NCBI GenBank assembly: GCA_963829055.1 | Contig: CAWHHI010000010.1 | Coordinates: 64,001 to 128,000, forward strand | Reading direction: 5' to 3' | Source: an uncultured Gemmatimonadaceae bacterium | GTDB taxonomy: Bacteria; Gemmatimonadota; Gemmatimonadetes; Gemmatimonadales; Gemmatimonadaceae | Length of the DNA stretch: 64,000 bases | Shown: in pieces, positions 32,345 to 45,807 of the stretch | Layout: each line of letters begins with the position of its first letter | Numbering within the stretch: position 1 is the first letter of the stretch | Position numbers and translations under genes: made by a program | The notes under the pieces: generated by a model | What the model was told of the DNA's origin: nothing | Seen by the model: the letters and a program-made list of their open reading frames with translations, nothing else | Databases searched by the model: none

Positions 32345-33168
32345 ACGCTGATGTGCTGGGTCAGTTGGCGGACATGCCGAGCTCCTTCGTCACGCGCATT
32401 TCCGCCGTGTAGCGCAGCTCGGCGAACCGCACGAGGAGGTCCGCCTCGGTCACTCCGCTGCCGCTCGTCTCCTGTGAGGTCGGCGACGATCATCCCGCGG
32501 TGCATCATGATCGTCCGATCGCCGAACCGCACCGCGTGATCCATGCTGTGCGTGACCATGAGCGTCGTGAGCGCGTGCGTGCGGACCACGTGGTCGGTCA
32601 CGATCATGATCTGCTCCGCGGCGCGCGGGTCGAGCGCCGCGGTGTGCTCGTCCAGCAACAGGAGCTCCGGACGGGTGAGCGTCGCCATCAGGAGCGTCAC
32701 CGCCTGCCGCTGCCCGCCGGACAGCGTCCCCATGGACGCTTCCAGTCGCCCCTCGAGCCGCATACCTAACGACTCCAGCCCGGCCCGGTACCGCTCGAGG
32801 CACGCGCGGTCGAGGCCCACCCGCAACCCACGTCGCTTCCCGCGCAACTCGGCCATCCGCAGGTTCTCCGCGACCGTCATCGATGGGCAGGTTCCCTTGA
32901 ACGGATCCTGAAAGACACGTCCCACCAGCGCAGCACGCCTGTGCTCCGACCAGCGCGTCACATCCGTGTCCGCAATGCGAATCGTGCCGGCGTCGGTGAG
33001 GTAGGTCCCGGCAATGACGTTCAGGATGGTCGACTTCCCCGATCCGTTGCTGCCGATCACGGTGAGGAACTGGCCGGCGGGAATCGTTAGGCTCACACCA
33101 CGGAGCGCGGGGACACGATCTCCACCCGGCTGGTCGAATGTCTTGTCCAGCGAAGCAACCTCGATCAT
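32341..33168 (-). CDS. ABC transporter ATP-binding protein
   Basis: GSNGSGKS, LSGGQRQ, LLLDEHTAALDP; likely frameshift near 32450. Confidence 0.93.
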   Translation of the reverse strand: MIEVASLDKTFDQPGGDRVPALRGVSLTIPAGQFLTVIGSNGSGKSTILNVIAGTYLTDAGTIRIADTDVTRWSEHRRAALVGRVFQDPFKGTCPSMTVAENLRMAELRGKRRGLRVGLDRACLERYRAGLESLGMRLEGRLEASMGTLSGGQRQAVTLLMATLTRPELLLLDEHTAALDPRAAEQIMIVTDHVVRTHALTTLMVTHSMDHAVRFGDRTIMMHRGMIVADLTGDERQRSDRGGPPRAVRRAALHGGNARDEGARHVRQLTQHISV

Positions 33169-35110
33169 CGCGTCGCCCCCCGGCGTCGGCCAAAGTTCAG
33201 GTTAGGCAGCGCCAGCGTCGCGAGCACGAACGCCGCGGTCGCGAGCTTGAGGTCGATTGGATTGAGGCCGACGCGGAGCGCCACGCCGATCAGGCCGCGA
33301 AAGACGATCGCGCCCACGGCCACCATCGCGATGGTCGCCCCGAGACGCCAGCGCCGAGGCTTGAGCGTCTCGCCGAGGATCACGGCCGCCATGCCGGCGA
33401 CGAGCGTGCCCACGCCCATGGTGACATCGGCGAACCCTTGGTACTGCGCGATCAGCGCGCCCGAAAACGCCACGAGCCCGTTCGCCAGCGCGAGCGCCAG
33501 CTCCACCATGCCGCGCCGGTCGACGCCCTGCGCGATGATCATCGCTGGATTGTCGCCCGCGGCCCGCATCGCCGTGCCGAAGTCCGTGCGCAGAAACCAC
33601 GTGAACCCCACCCCGAGCACGAGCGTGAGCGCGAGGAACACCGCACCGAACGAGAAGTCGTTAGGCCAGGCGGCAGTGGCCGGCAGCATCGCGTGCAGGC
33701 GAGTCGCAACCGTCGCGCGGTCGAGCAGCGAGATGTTGGATCGTCCCATCACGTGCAGGTTGACCGAGTACAGCGCGGTCATCACCAGAATGCCCGCGAG
33801 TAGTTCGGTGACGCGGAGTCGGGTGTGGAGCACGCCGGTGATGTAGCCCGCCACCATTCCGGCGAAGAACGCCACGACCGTCGCCACGAGTGGATCGACG
33901 CCGCCGGCGACCAGCGTTGCAGCCACCGCGGCGCCGAGCGGAAAGCTTCCGTCGGGAGTGATGTCCGGAAAACGCAGCACCCGCGACGCGATGTAGACTC
34001 CCCATGCGAGCGGAGCAAACGCGAGACCGAGCACCAGCGCGGATAACCAGAATTCCCATGCTGCCGCCGTGCGGTTGCCATCACCGGAGCGCGCGGCCGG
34101 CCTCGGCGCGACGTATCCGACGGTGTCTCCTCCGCGCTTGAGAGGGATGACGGTCGTTGCGCGCGCAATGACTTCCGGCGGAATCGTGACGCCGAAATCG
34201 GCGGCCGCACCGAGATCGACGATCATCTGCGGATTCGCCGAGACGCGAAACGGGATGTTCGCTGGACTCTCGCCACGGATCACGCGAATCATGATCAGCC
34301 CCTGCGCGTACCCGTTGTCGTAAAAGCTCGCGCCGAGCGAGAGCGGCGCACCGACGAATCCGGTGTTGGCAGAGACGACGGGGATGCCCAGCTCGCGCGC
34401 CTGTTTGACGAGCGCCGGAAAGCCGCCGCCGATCATGATGCTCGGGATCTGCATGATCCCACCGGCTCCCTGCGCGCGGAGCGCCTGGACTCCCGTCGCA
34501 ATGTCCTGCGGACTGGTGCAGGCAACGGTCAGGAACCGGATACCGAGTTGTTGTGCCTTCCGCTTGGCCATGTTGACGTAATGCTCGGCAAACGGATCGG
34601 CGGGATCGAACAGCGTGCCCCAGACTTTCGCGGCCGGGAACGTCGAGATCGCGACGGACAGCGCCGAATCGACGGGGAGCGGGATCTCGGCACCGGTGAC
34701 GTTAGGCCGATGTGCCGTGGGGCTCGTGCCAGCGCTGATGATGTAGGGGTTGGCGACCGAGCCGAAGACGATTGGCCGGTCGGTGATGACCTTCATCGCC
34801 GTCTGCGTCGCGACCGATGACATCGTGGCGACCTGCGTGACGCCCTGCTGCAGGAACTCGCGCATGATGAGCGACAGCGTCGGGATGTCGCCCTGGGCGT
34901 TGCGCTCGATGAACGTGATGTTGACGTCGCGGACGAAGCCCGAGTCGGCGAGCGCCTTGTAGAAGCCTTCGCGCGCCGCGTCGAGCTGAGCGACCGAGGA
35001 CACCTGGACGACGCCGACGATCGGTCGTCCGGCGTGTCCGTCGTCGCGGCAGCTCGCGAGAGCGGGATGATGCAAACGAGCCTCAGTGAGACCGCGGCAA
35101 GCGGCTTCAT
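33165..35110 (-). CDS. ABC transporter substrate-binding domain fused to permease (frameshift ~35045)
   Basis: ERNAQGD, PIVFGSVANP (ABC_sub_bind-like) then FPDITPDGSFPLGAA, ILVMTALYSVNL, QYQGFADVTMGVG in one continuous frame. Confidence 0.85.
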
Positions 35111-35404
35111 CACGCTATCGGGCGCCGAAACGATTCGTCGAAGGACGCTGCATGCGCGGGATCGAGGCCGAGCGGCTGTGTCATGTTCGCGGAGCTTCGG
35201 GGCGTCGATGGGTGCGGCGTTGGTGGGAGGCGCCGGCAAACCTACGAACGAGCCCGGTAAACTCGCGAGCAGGGCGCTCTCGTAGGTCCAATCCGATCGG
35301 ATCGGACGACTTCTCATCCCTGCGCACCCAGTTTCTGGCCGTTCACCAGGGCGACCCAGTCGCCGACCGAGATTCGCCAACGACCACGAGATAGTGAGGC
35401 ATCC

Positions 35405-36223
35405 ATGACGTATAGAAATCTGACCACCGCGGGCGTAGTGCTAGGCATCGCCCTGCATCCGGACAGCGGCGGCGGCGCAGACCGCCGGTCAACCGCAGCT
35501 CCATGTCAATCCGGAATGGAAGGAGTGCTCGTTCCAGCTGAGCCCCTCGCTGACCCAGACGGCGTGGCGTCAGTTCACGCAGGAGGCCGGCCTCGTCGCG
35601 TACTTCCGTCCCCTGTCCAATGCGCGGCCAATGGGCAAAGGGCATTTCGAGCTATCAATGCTCCAGTGGAAGACCGGTATCGACGCCAAGGACGCTGCGT
35701 GGAACGACACCTTCGTCCATCCCGACTCGGCGCATTGGCTGTTCGAGGGCGAGGGGCTCAAGTTCCCGGGCGTCATGGCTCGGGCGGGCGTCGGCGACGA
35801 CACGGACGTGGGCGTCTATTTCACCAAGAGCCCCGGCGCGAACTACGGGTTCTACGCCGCCCAGGCGCAGCACTCCATCGTCAACAACCCGGCCCGAGCC
35901 TGGGCCGCGGCGGCGCGCCTGAACTTCATGTCCTTGTACGGGCCCGACGACCTCGACTTGAGGGTGTACGGCGTGGACCTGGTCGCGAGCCGGAAGTTCG
36001 CGATCACTAGCTGGGCGGCAGTGTCGCCCTATGTCGGGGGTTCCACGTACCTCTCGACCTCGCACGAGAAGTCGGCCGTGGTGCGGATCTCGATGATGAA
36101 CACGTGCTCGGCACACAGGCGATGGTCGGCGCCACGCTCCAGGTGTCCACGGCCCGACTCGGCGTGGAGTACAACGCGGCGAAGGTAAGCTCGTTCTCGC
36201 TCAAGGTGGGCATCGGGGGATGA
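35405..36223 (+). CDS. Hypothetical exported protein, possible outer-membrane beta-barrel (frameshifts)
   Basis: GAGG RBS; signal-like N-terminus; core ORF 35631-36188 with alternating beta-strand pattern; final frame ...FSLKVGIGG*. Confidence 0.55.
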
Positions 36224-36228
36224 CTCTT

Positions 36229-36274
36229 GTCGACATTCTACCAGAGTATTGCGCCCTTCTAGTAGAATGTCAAC
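36229..36274. promoter_or_regulatory. Paired putative PadR-type operators (GTCGACATTCTAC, GTAGAATGTCAAC)
   Basis: Two 13-bp imperfect palindromes that are inverted copies of each other, upstream of the ADOP permease. Confidence 0.65.
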
Positions 36275-36369
36275 CAGAGGGCCGGATTCGCCGGGCTCAC
36301 TGGCGCTTGAAACGATCACTCCGACGCTGTCGTACCCCCAGACAGTCCTCGAGTCCCCGGAGACCCGCC

Positions 36370-38820
36370 GTGCCTTCTCTCGTCAGCGATGTCCGCATCG
36401 CGATTCGCCGCGCCCGAAAGCGTCCCGGCTTCACCGTCGTTGCGCTGCTTTCATTGATGCTCGGTATCGGCGCCAACACGGCGGTGTTCAGCCTCGTGAA
36501 CGCGATCCTGCTCCGACACACTCCGGTCCCGCATCCCGAGCAGATCGCCGAAGTCTATCAACGACAGAGCGATTTTCCCTTCGCGCCGTTCTCGTACCCG
36601 GACTACGTCGACTTCCGCCGCGCCTCGGCAGGCACGTTCTCCGAAATCTCCATCTCGCAATTCTCCATCGCCGCGCTCGACGCCGGCGATCACGTCGAGT
36701 CGCTCACCGCGGAGCTGGTGAACGGCGATTACTTCCCGCTACTCGGCCTTCGCGCGCAGGTCGGCCGGCTGCTTGGCCCCGAGGACGACGTGGCACCTGG
36801 AGCGCACCCGGTTGTCGTTCTCTCGCACGACTACTGGCAGCGCGCGTTCGCCAGCGAGCCGACCGTTGTCGGACGCAAGATGCGGCTCGCGGGCCGCGAG
36901 TACACGATCATCGGCGTCGCCCCGGGCACGTACACCGGGACGATCAGCGGCATCGTGCCGGCCGTATTCGCGCCGATCATGATGGTCAACCAGCTACAGC
37001 CGGACGTCCGCGATCAGCTCGCGCAGCGCGGCACTCACTCGGCGTTCCTCAAGGCGCGCCTGGCGCCGGGCGCATCGATCGTGAACGCACGTGGAGTCGC
37101 CGAGCGGTTCACGGCGGATATGGCGAAGCGCTACCCATCGAACTGGCCGGATGGCACGTCGCTGGTCGTGATTCCGATGAAGGACATCGCCGTCAACCCA
37201 CTGGTCGACTCCGTCGTCGTACCTGCGGCGGCGGCCCTGATGGTCGTCGTCGGACTGGTCCTGCTCGTCGCGTGCGCAAATCTCGCGAGCTTTCTCCTGG
37301 CGCAGGCGCGCGATCGGCGGAAGGAAGTCGCCATTCGACTCGCGATCGGCGCGAAGCGGAGTGCGCTCGTCCGACAGTTCCTCGTCGAGTCGTTGCTGCT
37401 CGCCGCTGTCGGTGGTGTGCTCGGCGTCGTGCTGTCCGGCATCGCGCTGCGCATGCTGTTGCGCGCGGACCTGCCGGTACCGATCCCGATCACGCTCGAT
37501 GTCTCGGTCGATTGGCGCGTGCTCGCCTTCGCGTTAGGCGCGTCAGCCGTCGCCGGCGTGTTGTTCGGGTTGCTGCCCGCACTGCAAGCGACCCGTGCGA
37601 CGGTCGTCGAGACGATCAAGAACGAGAACGCCAGCGGTGGCCCGTCGCACAGGTTCACCGTTCGCAATGCGCTCGTCGTTGGACAGGTGGCGGTGTCGCT
37701 GTCATTGCTCATCACAGCGCTCCTGTTTCTCCGCAGCCTCCAGGCGCGTGCGAAGGTCGATCCGGGGTTCGGTACCGCGCCGGCGGGCATGCTCTGGCTC
37801 GCGATTCCGGCCGATCGGTATGACTCGACGCGACGCCAGCTACTGCTCGATGACATTGAACGGCGCATGGCCCGAATCCCGGGCGTCGTGACAGTCGGCG
37901 CGACGGACAACATTCTGCTCAGTTCGATCAGCCAGCAGTCAAAACGCATTCGCGTGCCTGGTGTCACGCCTCCCAAAGGCAAGGATGCGTTCGACGTCGA
38001 TTTCTCCGCCGCCGACTCCGGATATCTCGGAGCGATCGGTGTGTCGGTGATCAGCGGTCGAGGGATCACTGCCGCCGACAGTCGGAGCGCGCCCAAGGTG
38101 GCCGTCATCAACGAAGCGATGGCGCGGCAGTTCTGGCCAGGCAAAGAGGCGATCGGCCAAACCTTCAACACCGATTCGAGCGTGTACCGCGTCGTCGGCA
38201 TCACGCGGACGACGAAGGTTCGCTCGCTCGGCGAGGAGCCACGGCCGTTCATCATCACGTCGTACGCGCAGGAGTTTTCGGCGACGCCGATGATCATCGC
38301 GCGCACCAACGGCGACGCCGATCGCGTCGCGACGCAGATGCTCGCGACGCTTCGTGAGATCGACCCCGGCCTGATGGCGATTCAGGTCAAGACGATGTCA
38401 CGCCACCTTGCCGCAATGCTGCTCCCCGCGCGGCTGGGCGCAATCGCGTTCACGCTCTTCGCGGGGCTCGCGCTCGCGCTGGCCGTTCTCGGCGTCTACG
38501 GCGTGGTCAGCTACGCCGTGGCGCGACGCACACGCGAGGTCGGTATTCGGCTGGCCGTAGGCGCGCAGCCGCACGCCCTCGTGAGACTTCTCATGCGCGA
38601 AGGCGTCGGCCTCGTGACCGCCGGCATTGTGCTCGGACTGCTGCTCGGCTTCGGCAGCGCTCAGGTTCTCGGTTCACTGCTGTATGGCATCGGGGCGGTG
38701 GACCCGCTCACGTTCGTCGGCGCTCCAGTATTGCTGATGCTCGTCGGGGCACTCGCTGCTTTTCTGCCAGCTCGCCGAGCGAGTCGCGTCGATCCAGCGA
38801 GCGTGCTTCGCGCGGAGTGA
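36370..38820 (+). CDS. ADOP family duplicated FtsX/MacB-type ABC permease
   Basis: DVRIAIRRARKRPGF, LGIGANTAVFS, ACANLA, EVAIRLAIGA, RTREVGIRLAVGA, PARRASRVDPASVLRAE. Confidence 0.93.
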   Translation: MPSLVSDVRIAIRRARKRPGFTVVALLSLMLGIGANTAVFSLVNAILLRHTPVPHPEQIAEVYQRQSDFPFAPFSYPDYVDFRRASAGTFSEISISQFSIAALDAGDHVESLTAELVNGDYFPLLGLRAQVGRLLGPEDDVAPGAHPVVVLSHDYWQRAFASEPTVVGRKMRLAGREYTIIGVAPGTYTGTISGIVPAVFAPIMMVNQLQPDVRDQLAQRGTHSAFLKARLAPGASIVNARGVAERFTADMAKRYPSNWPDGTSLVVIPMKDIAVNPLVDSVVVPAAAALMVVVGLVLLVACANLASFLLAQARDRRKEVAIRLAIGAKRSALVRQFLVESLLLAAVGGVLGVVLSGIALRMLLRADLPVPIPITLDVSVDWRVLAFALGASAVAGVLFGLLPALQATRATVVETIKNENASGGPSHRFTVRNALVVGQVAVSLSLLITALLFLRSLQARAKVDPGFGTAPAGMLWLAIPADRYDSTRRQLLLDDIERRMARIPGVVTVGATDNILLSSISQQSKRIRVPGVTPPKGKDAFDVDFSAADSGYLGAIGVSVISGRGITAADSRSAPKVAVINEAMARQFWPGKEAIGQTFNTDSSVYRVVGITRTTKVRSLGEEPRPFIITSYAQEFSATPMIIARTNGDADRVATQMLATLREIDPGLMAIQVKTMSRHLAAMLLPARLGAIAFTLFAGLALALAVLGVYGVVSYAVARRTREVGIRLAVGAQPHALVRLLMREGVGLVTAGIVLGLLLGFGSAQVLGSLLYGIGAVDPLTFVGAPVLLMLVGALAAFLPARRASRVDPASVLRAE

Positions 38821-38873
38821 TGCCGCGAGGCGCGCGCCGCGTGTGGCGGCGCCTCCAAGGGCTGGCGCTTTCT

Positions 38874-41800
38874 TCATTGGCGTTCGCGGCGACGCAGCGC
38901 GTCGAGATCCTCGCGCTCCTGCACCCAGAACGGCTTCGGAAACTTGCGCGCCGACGGCCAGACGCGATCGAGCGTCGCCGCCTCGAACAGCTCGCCGTTC
39001 TTCATCACGTATTTGATCGAGGTCGAGTTGCGGATGTTCTCGAGCGGATTCGCGTCGAGCACCTGCAGGTCGGCCAGCTTGCCCGGCTCGATCGAGCCCA
39101 GGTCGGCGCCATAGCCGATCGACTCCGCGCCGTAGATCGTCGCGATGCGGAGCGCTTCCATCGGCGTCATGTCGCCGCTCTGGAGCATCCACAGCTCCCA
39201 GTGCGCGCCGATGCCGTCCTGCTGCCCGTGCGATCCGAGGCCAGCGCGGCCGCCGGCGCGAACCACGTCGCGCACGCCACGGGCGATCGCCGGGAAGTTG
39301 TAATCCTCTTCCACGATCAACGGGCGACGACGTGCCTGACGCTGGAGCACGTCCGCGGGGGTGAAGAACGATGTCTTCGGGTCGGTGTCGAGGTCCGTTC
39401 GCGCGCGCCAGTACGTGTCGCCTCCCGGCGCCCCGTACGCCACCACGAGGGTCGGCGTCCACACGATCTTCGACTCGGCGAGGACGGTGACGACGTCCTT
39501 GTAGAGCGGTACCTGGCCGATCGAGTGCTCGAGCGCGGTGTAGCCGTCGAGCGCCATGGTGATATCGGCCTTGAGATCCGCCGCGCCCTCGTTGGTCGCG
39601 TTGATCCCCTCGGCCAGCGCCGCCTGCAGGATCCACTGCCGCTGGATGCGGCGCGGCTGCAAATATTGCTTCAACGAGTTCACGCCCTGCGCCTTGTAGC
39701 GCCTAACGATCTTGAGCGCGTCGTCGTAGCTCTTGATCGGCGCGTTGTTGCTCGTGAGCGGGAAGCCGGTGGCGTAGATGCGTGAGCCGACCATCTCGCC
39801 GGCGTCGATCAACTCGCCCCACGCCACGTTCCAGCGCGTGCCGCTCGGGTTGCGCGTGGTGGTGACGCCGTACGCGAGGTTCGACGCGATCGACCACTCC
39901 TGTTCCTCGGGCATCTCGCGGCCCGTCTTCGGGTGCGCGTGGACGTCCACGTAACCCGGGATGATCGTCTTGCCAGTGACGTCGATCACGCGTGCGCCCG
40001 CGGGCGGCGTTAGGCTTGGGCCCACCTGCGCGATGCGGTCGTTCGTCACGAGCACGTCGCCCTTCTCGATGACCTCGTCGCCGCGCATGGTGACGACGCG
40101 CGCGCCGCGAAGCAGCACGCTGCCCTGCGGAACGGCGCGCGGCACCGTGAGCGAGACGACCGCGTGCGTGGTCCCCCACTTCGTCGCGTCGGCGTACTTG
40201 AGGATCGAGTCGGTCGGGGCGCGGTAGATGTGATTGGCGAACGACCAGACGATGGTGCGCCCACCGTCCCCCCAGTCGGCGTAGTTCGCGCCCTCGGTCG
40301 TCAGGCGACGGAGCGGCACCGTCGGCGACGCGAAGTTCACCGTCAGCCCCTCGCTCCCCACGTCGGTGAGCGGGAAGGCGTAGACGTCGTCCCGATCGAG
40401 GACGATGACGCCGCGCCCGTCCGGGGCGACCCGGGCCGTGATGCCGATCGCCTGGCTCGTCGTGATTTTGGCGTGCGTGCGCTTGTCGGATCCGTCGAGC
40501 CGCACCGACACGAGCGCCGTCGTCTGCGTGGCGCTGAAGCCCGGAGTCGCGTTAGGCACGACTTCGGTGTAGTAGACCCGCGCCAGCGCGCCGTTCGTCG
40601 CGGCGGTGACGCCGGCCGGTCCCGTCGTCCCGCCAGACCCGCCGCTCGCCGAGGTGATGCGGGCGGCCGCGCCGCCGTTCGCGCCGACGACGCGCAGCTC
40701 CCCCATCGCGGCGACCCCACCGCCGTCCACCCCCGCCTGGCGTGGTGAGGCGGCGAACACGATCCGGTCGCCTTCCGGCGTCCATCGGGGCCACGACACC
40801 CATGCCCCGTCATTCGTCAGGCGCACCGGCTGGCCGGCGCCGTCGGCGCGCGCCTTCCAGATCGCCCCGCCCGCCGAATCGGACCAGGACGCAAACGCGA
40901 CCCAGCGCCCGTCGGGGGAGAAGCTCGGGTAGTACTCTCGCCCGGTCGCGTTCGTGATCCGGCGCGGCGCGCCAAACGCCAACCCGTCGCGCGTCGCGAC
41001 GTACACCTTCCCGACGGCCGAGAACGCGATCCGCCGCGCGTCCGGCGACTCGGCCACCGTGACGAGCTGGGTCACCTGGACCGGCGCGTCGCTTGCCTTG
41101 AGCGGCACGAAGAGGTGCTGGCCAAGTCCCACCTCCACGTTCGCGGAGAACGGGATCACGCTGACCTGGCGCGTCGCGAGGTCCACCCGCTTGATCTTGC
41201 CGCCGCCGTAGAAGACGACGCTCTTCGAGTCCGGCGTGAACGCGTAGCCGGGGAAGACGTCGTTAGGCGCGTAGCCCTCGGCGTCGTCGCGCTGCGTCTC
41301 GCCGACGAGCCAATGGTCCTCCTGCGTCGTGAGATCGCGGACGCGGAGGGCGGTCTTCGTGCCCGCGCGCGTCGCGTAGACCAGCCATCGGCCGTCGCGG
41401 GACGTGACCGGCCGGTACGCGCCGCCGGAGCTCGCGGTGAGCGCGGTCTCGGTGCCGCGCTCGCGGTCGAAGGCGATGATCTGGTAGGCGGCGAAGTTCT
41501 CGCCGGTGTAGCCGCCGGGATGCGAGCCGAAGTACACCGTGCGGCCGTCCGCGGAGAAGGCGGCGCCGGTGTTCGTCGTCTTTCGCGTCGCGACCGACGG
41601 AAAGAGCTGCACGCCGTTACCGCCACCCACGTGGTAGAGCCAGAGCGGGACGTTCGTGAGGTAGTTCTCCTCCGTCGGGTACGCGCCGAAGCGGCGGACC
41701 ACGACGTATTGCCCGTCGGGAGACCAGCTCGGCGACGACAGCGCGTTGTCGACTTCCTTCGTGATCCTGCGCGCGCCCGTGCCGTCGGCGTTCACGAGCC

Positions 41801-42158
41801 ACAGGTTGTCGCCGCCGTCGCGGTCCGAGATGAAGGCTATCGTGCGGCCGTCCGGGCTCCAGCGCGGCATGCAGTCCCACGCCGTTCCAGTCGTGAGGCG
41901 TGTGGCGGTGCCGCCGGCGATCGGAATGGTGTAGAGGTCACCGAGGATGTCGAAGACGATCGTCTTCCCATCGGGCGAGACGTCCAGCGAGATCCACGTC
42001 GCTTCGTCGGTGGTGAAGCGGACGGTCCGAACCGACTTGATCGGAAGGGAGAGCGCGGTGTCGTTCGCGGCGGCGGTGGGTTGCTGCGCGGCCGCAGGCG
42101 TGGGGAACGACGCGCCGAGCGTGAGCGCGGCGAGAGCGGCGAGGCGGCGAGGCGACAT
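38874..42158 (-). CDS. PD40/TolB-like beta-propeller plus amidohydrolase protein
   Basis: Signal peptide; repeated WSPDG motifs; IIPGYVDVHAH; GSIEPGKLADL; intact frame. Confidence 0.93.
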   Translation of the reverse strand: MSPRRLAALAALTLGASFPTPAAAQQPTAAANDTALSLPIKSVRTVRFTTDEATWISLDVSPDGKTIVFDILGDLYTIPIAGGTATRLTTGTAWDCMPRWSPDGRTIAFISDRDGGDNLWLVNADGTGARRITKEVDNALSSPSWSPDGQYVVVRRFGAYPTEENYLTNVPLWLYHVGGGNGVQLFPSVATRKTTNTGAAFSADGRTVYFGSHPGGYTGENFAAYQIIAFDRERGTETALTASSGGAYRPVTSRDGRWLVYATRAGTKTALRVRDLTTQEDHWLVGETQRDDAEGYAPNDVFPGYAFTPDSKSVVFYGGGKIKRVDLATRQVSVIPFSANVEVGLGQHLFVPLKASDAPVQVTQLVTVAESPDARRIAFSAVGKVYVATRDGLAFGAPRRITNATGREYYPSFSPDGRWVAFASWSDSAGGAIWKARADGAGQPVRLTNDGAWVSWPRWTPEGDRIVFAASPRQAGVDGGGVAAMGELRVVGANGGAAARITSASGGSGGTTGPAGVTAATNGALARVYYTEVVPNATPGFSATQTTALVSVRLDGSDKRTHAKITTSQAIGITARVAPDGRGVIVLDRDDVYAFPLTDVGSEGLTVNFASPTVPLRRLTTEGANYADWGDGGRTIVWSFANHIYRAPTDSILKYADATKWGTTHAVVSLTVPRAVPQGSVLLRGARVVTMRGDEVIEKGDVLVTNDRIAQVGPSLTPPAGARVIDVTGKTIIPGYVDVHAHPKTGREMPEEQEWSIASNLAYGVTTTRNPSGTRWNVAWGELIDAGEMVGSRIYATGFPLTSNNAPIKSYDDALKIVRRYKAQGVNSLKQYLQPRRIQRQWILQAALAEGINATNEGAADLKADITMALDGYTALEHSIGQVPLYKDVVTVLAESKIVWTPTLVVAYGAPGGDTYWRARTDLDTDPKTSFFTPADVLQRQARRRPLIVEEDYNFPAIARGVRDVVRAGGRAGLGSHGQQDGIGAHWELWMLQSGDMTPMEALRIATIYGAESIGYGADLGSIEPGKLADLQVLDANPLENIRNSTSIKYVMKNGELFEAATLDRVWPSARKFPKPFWVQEREDLDALRRRERQ

Positions 42159-42171
42159 GGTGTCGGGTTCT

Positions 42172-42228
42172 CTAGAAGAAGGCTCTGTGCAATCGAACCG
42201 CGCGCAATACATCGGACAGTGGGTCCAT
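42172..42228 (-). pseudogene. Relic N-terminus of an AraC (Cupin_6) regulator
   Basis: MDPLSDVLRAVRLHRAFF* resembles the typical MDPLSDVL..VRL start of this family. Confidence 0.5.
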
Positions 42229-42290
42229 TCCCAAATTTTCCAGCGCGCTATCCGAGTCGGCAAGGTGGCCGGACCCTCGCGGCACCGTCG

Positions 42291-42755
42291 CTATCGTGGC
42301 GGAAGCGGGATGCGGAGCCCGAGCGTATACACGGCGGCCTCCGCCCCGATCGGCGCATACGTCAGGCGCACGCTCGACGTATCGAAGTACGCATCGCCAG
42401 TTATCGCCCGAGGATACTTCGCGGCCGTGGCGCCCATGTACACGACGATGGTCCCGGTGTCCGGAGAAACCGGTGCGGGCCCCTCGCGGCGATGCACCGT
42501 CACGGAGAACCGACCGAGTGAGTCCACGTCGATCGCCACCGTGCGACACCCGCACTGCGGCGTGACTCGCACGACACCCGTCACGCCATCCAACCCCAAG
42601 CCGTCGGGCCCGACGACAGTTCCGTTGACCACCGCGCAGCCGAACGAGGGACTTCCGTCCGCCGGCCGGTCGCAGCGAACCGGGCCCGATACCGTGGGCG
42701 AGGTCTCGCTGAAGCAGCCGGCGATGATGACTACGAATACCATCACCACTGCCAT
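42291..42755 (-). CDS. Hypothetical lipoprotein
   Basis: Hydrophobic stretch ending IAGC; paired Cys; start uncertain. Confidence 0.6.
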   Translation of the reverse strand: MAVVMVFVVIIAGCFSETSPTVSGPVRCDRPADGSPSFGCAVVNGTVVGPDGLGLDGVTGVVRVTPQCGCRTVAIDVDSLGRFSVTVHRREGPAPVSPDTGTIVVYMGATAAKYPRAITGDAYFDTSSVRLTYAPIGAEAAVYTLGLRIPLPPR

Positions 42756-43070
42756 CGATCGCACCTGACGAGTCCTTCCGATGTTCAGTCGCAATTCATC
42801 ATCGTCCCTGTGGGAACAGGAACTATACCGCGCGTTGTCCGCTGCCCCGCACCCGGCGCCACATACCTCCGCGAATTTCAGGGAAGCGGCGCCTGGTCGA
42901 GCGCCGCGCCGCGACGAAGCGATCTCGGCCGGTCCTCTCGCGCGGGCATCGCCTAACGCGGAGCCGCTACGCGCTGTCGGCGTGCGAGCAGGCGATGGTG
43001 CTCTGGCAGAACGAGCCACGGCGGATACAATATCCTCCTGGAGCACGCCAACTCCCACGGAGCTTGTACC

Positions 43071-45415
<2,345 letters not shown>

Positions 45416-45441
45416 TCCACGGGCAGGAGAAAAAGTCCACT

Positions 45442-45798
45442 ATGTCCTCGACCCAGAAAGTGTTCGAGCACCATCTCGCGTGCTTCGCCGCTGGGGACCT
45501 CGAAGGTACGCTCAGCGATTATACCGAGCAGTCCGTGTTGATGACCCCGCTGGGTGCAATTCGCGGTCTCCCGGAGATCCGGAAGTTTTTCGAGGTCGCC
45601 TACGCCGAGTTCAGGGAGCCTGGGACCCAGTTCACGACGCATCTGATGCTGGTGGAGGGAGACTGCGCGTTCATCGCGTGGGACGCCGAAACGAGCGCCA
45701 ACAAGTACGAAGGAGCGTGCGATACCTTCATCATCCGCGACGGTCGGATCGCGGTGCAGACCTTCTCGGCAAAGGTGACGCCCAAACGCGCGACCTGA
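45442..45798 (+). CDS. SnoaL-like/NTF2 fold protein
   Basis: Own [30 protein letters not shown]...[15 protein letters not shown]. Confidence 0.8.
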   Translation: MSSTQKVFEHHLACFAAGDLEGTLSDYTEQSVLMTPLGAIRGLPEIRKFFEVAYAEFREPGTQFTTHLMLVEGDCAFIAWDAETSANKYEGACDTFIIRDGRIAVQTFSAKVTPKRAT

Positions 45799-45807
45799 CG
45801 CATCAGA

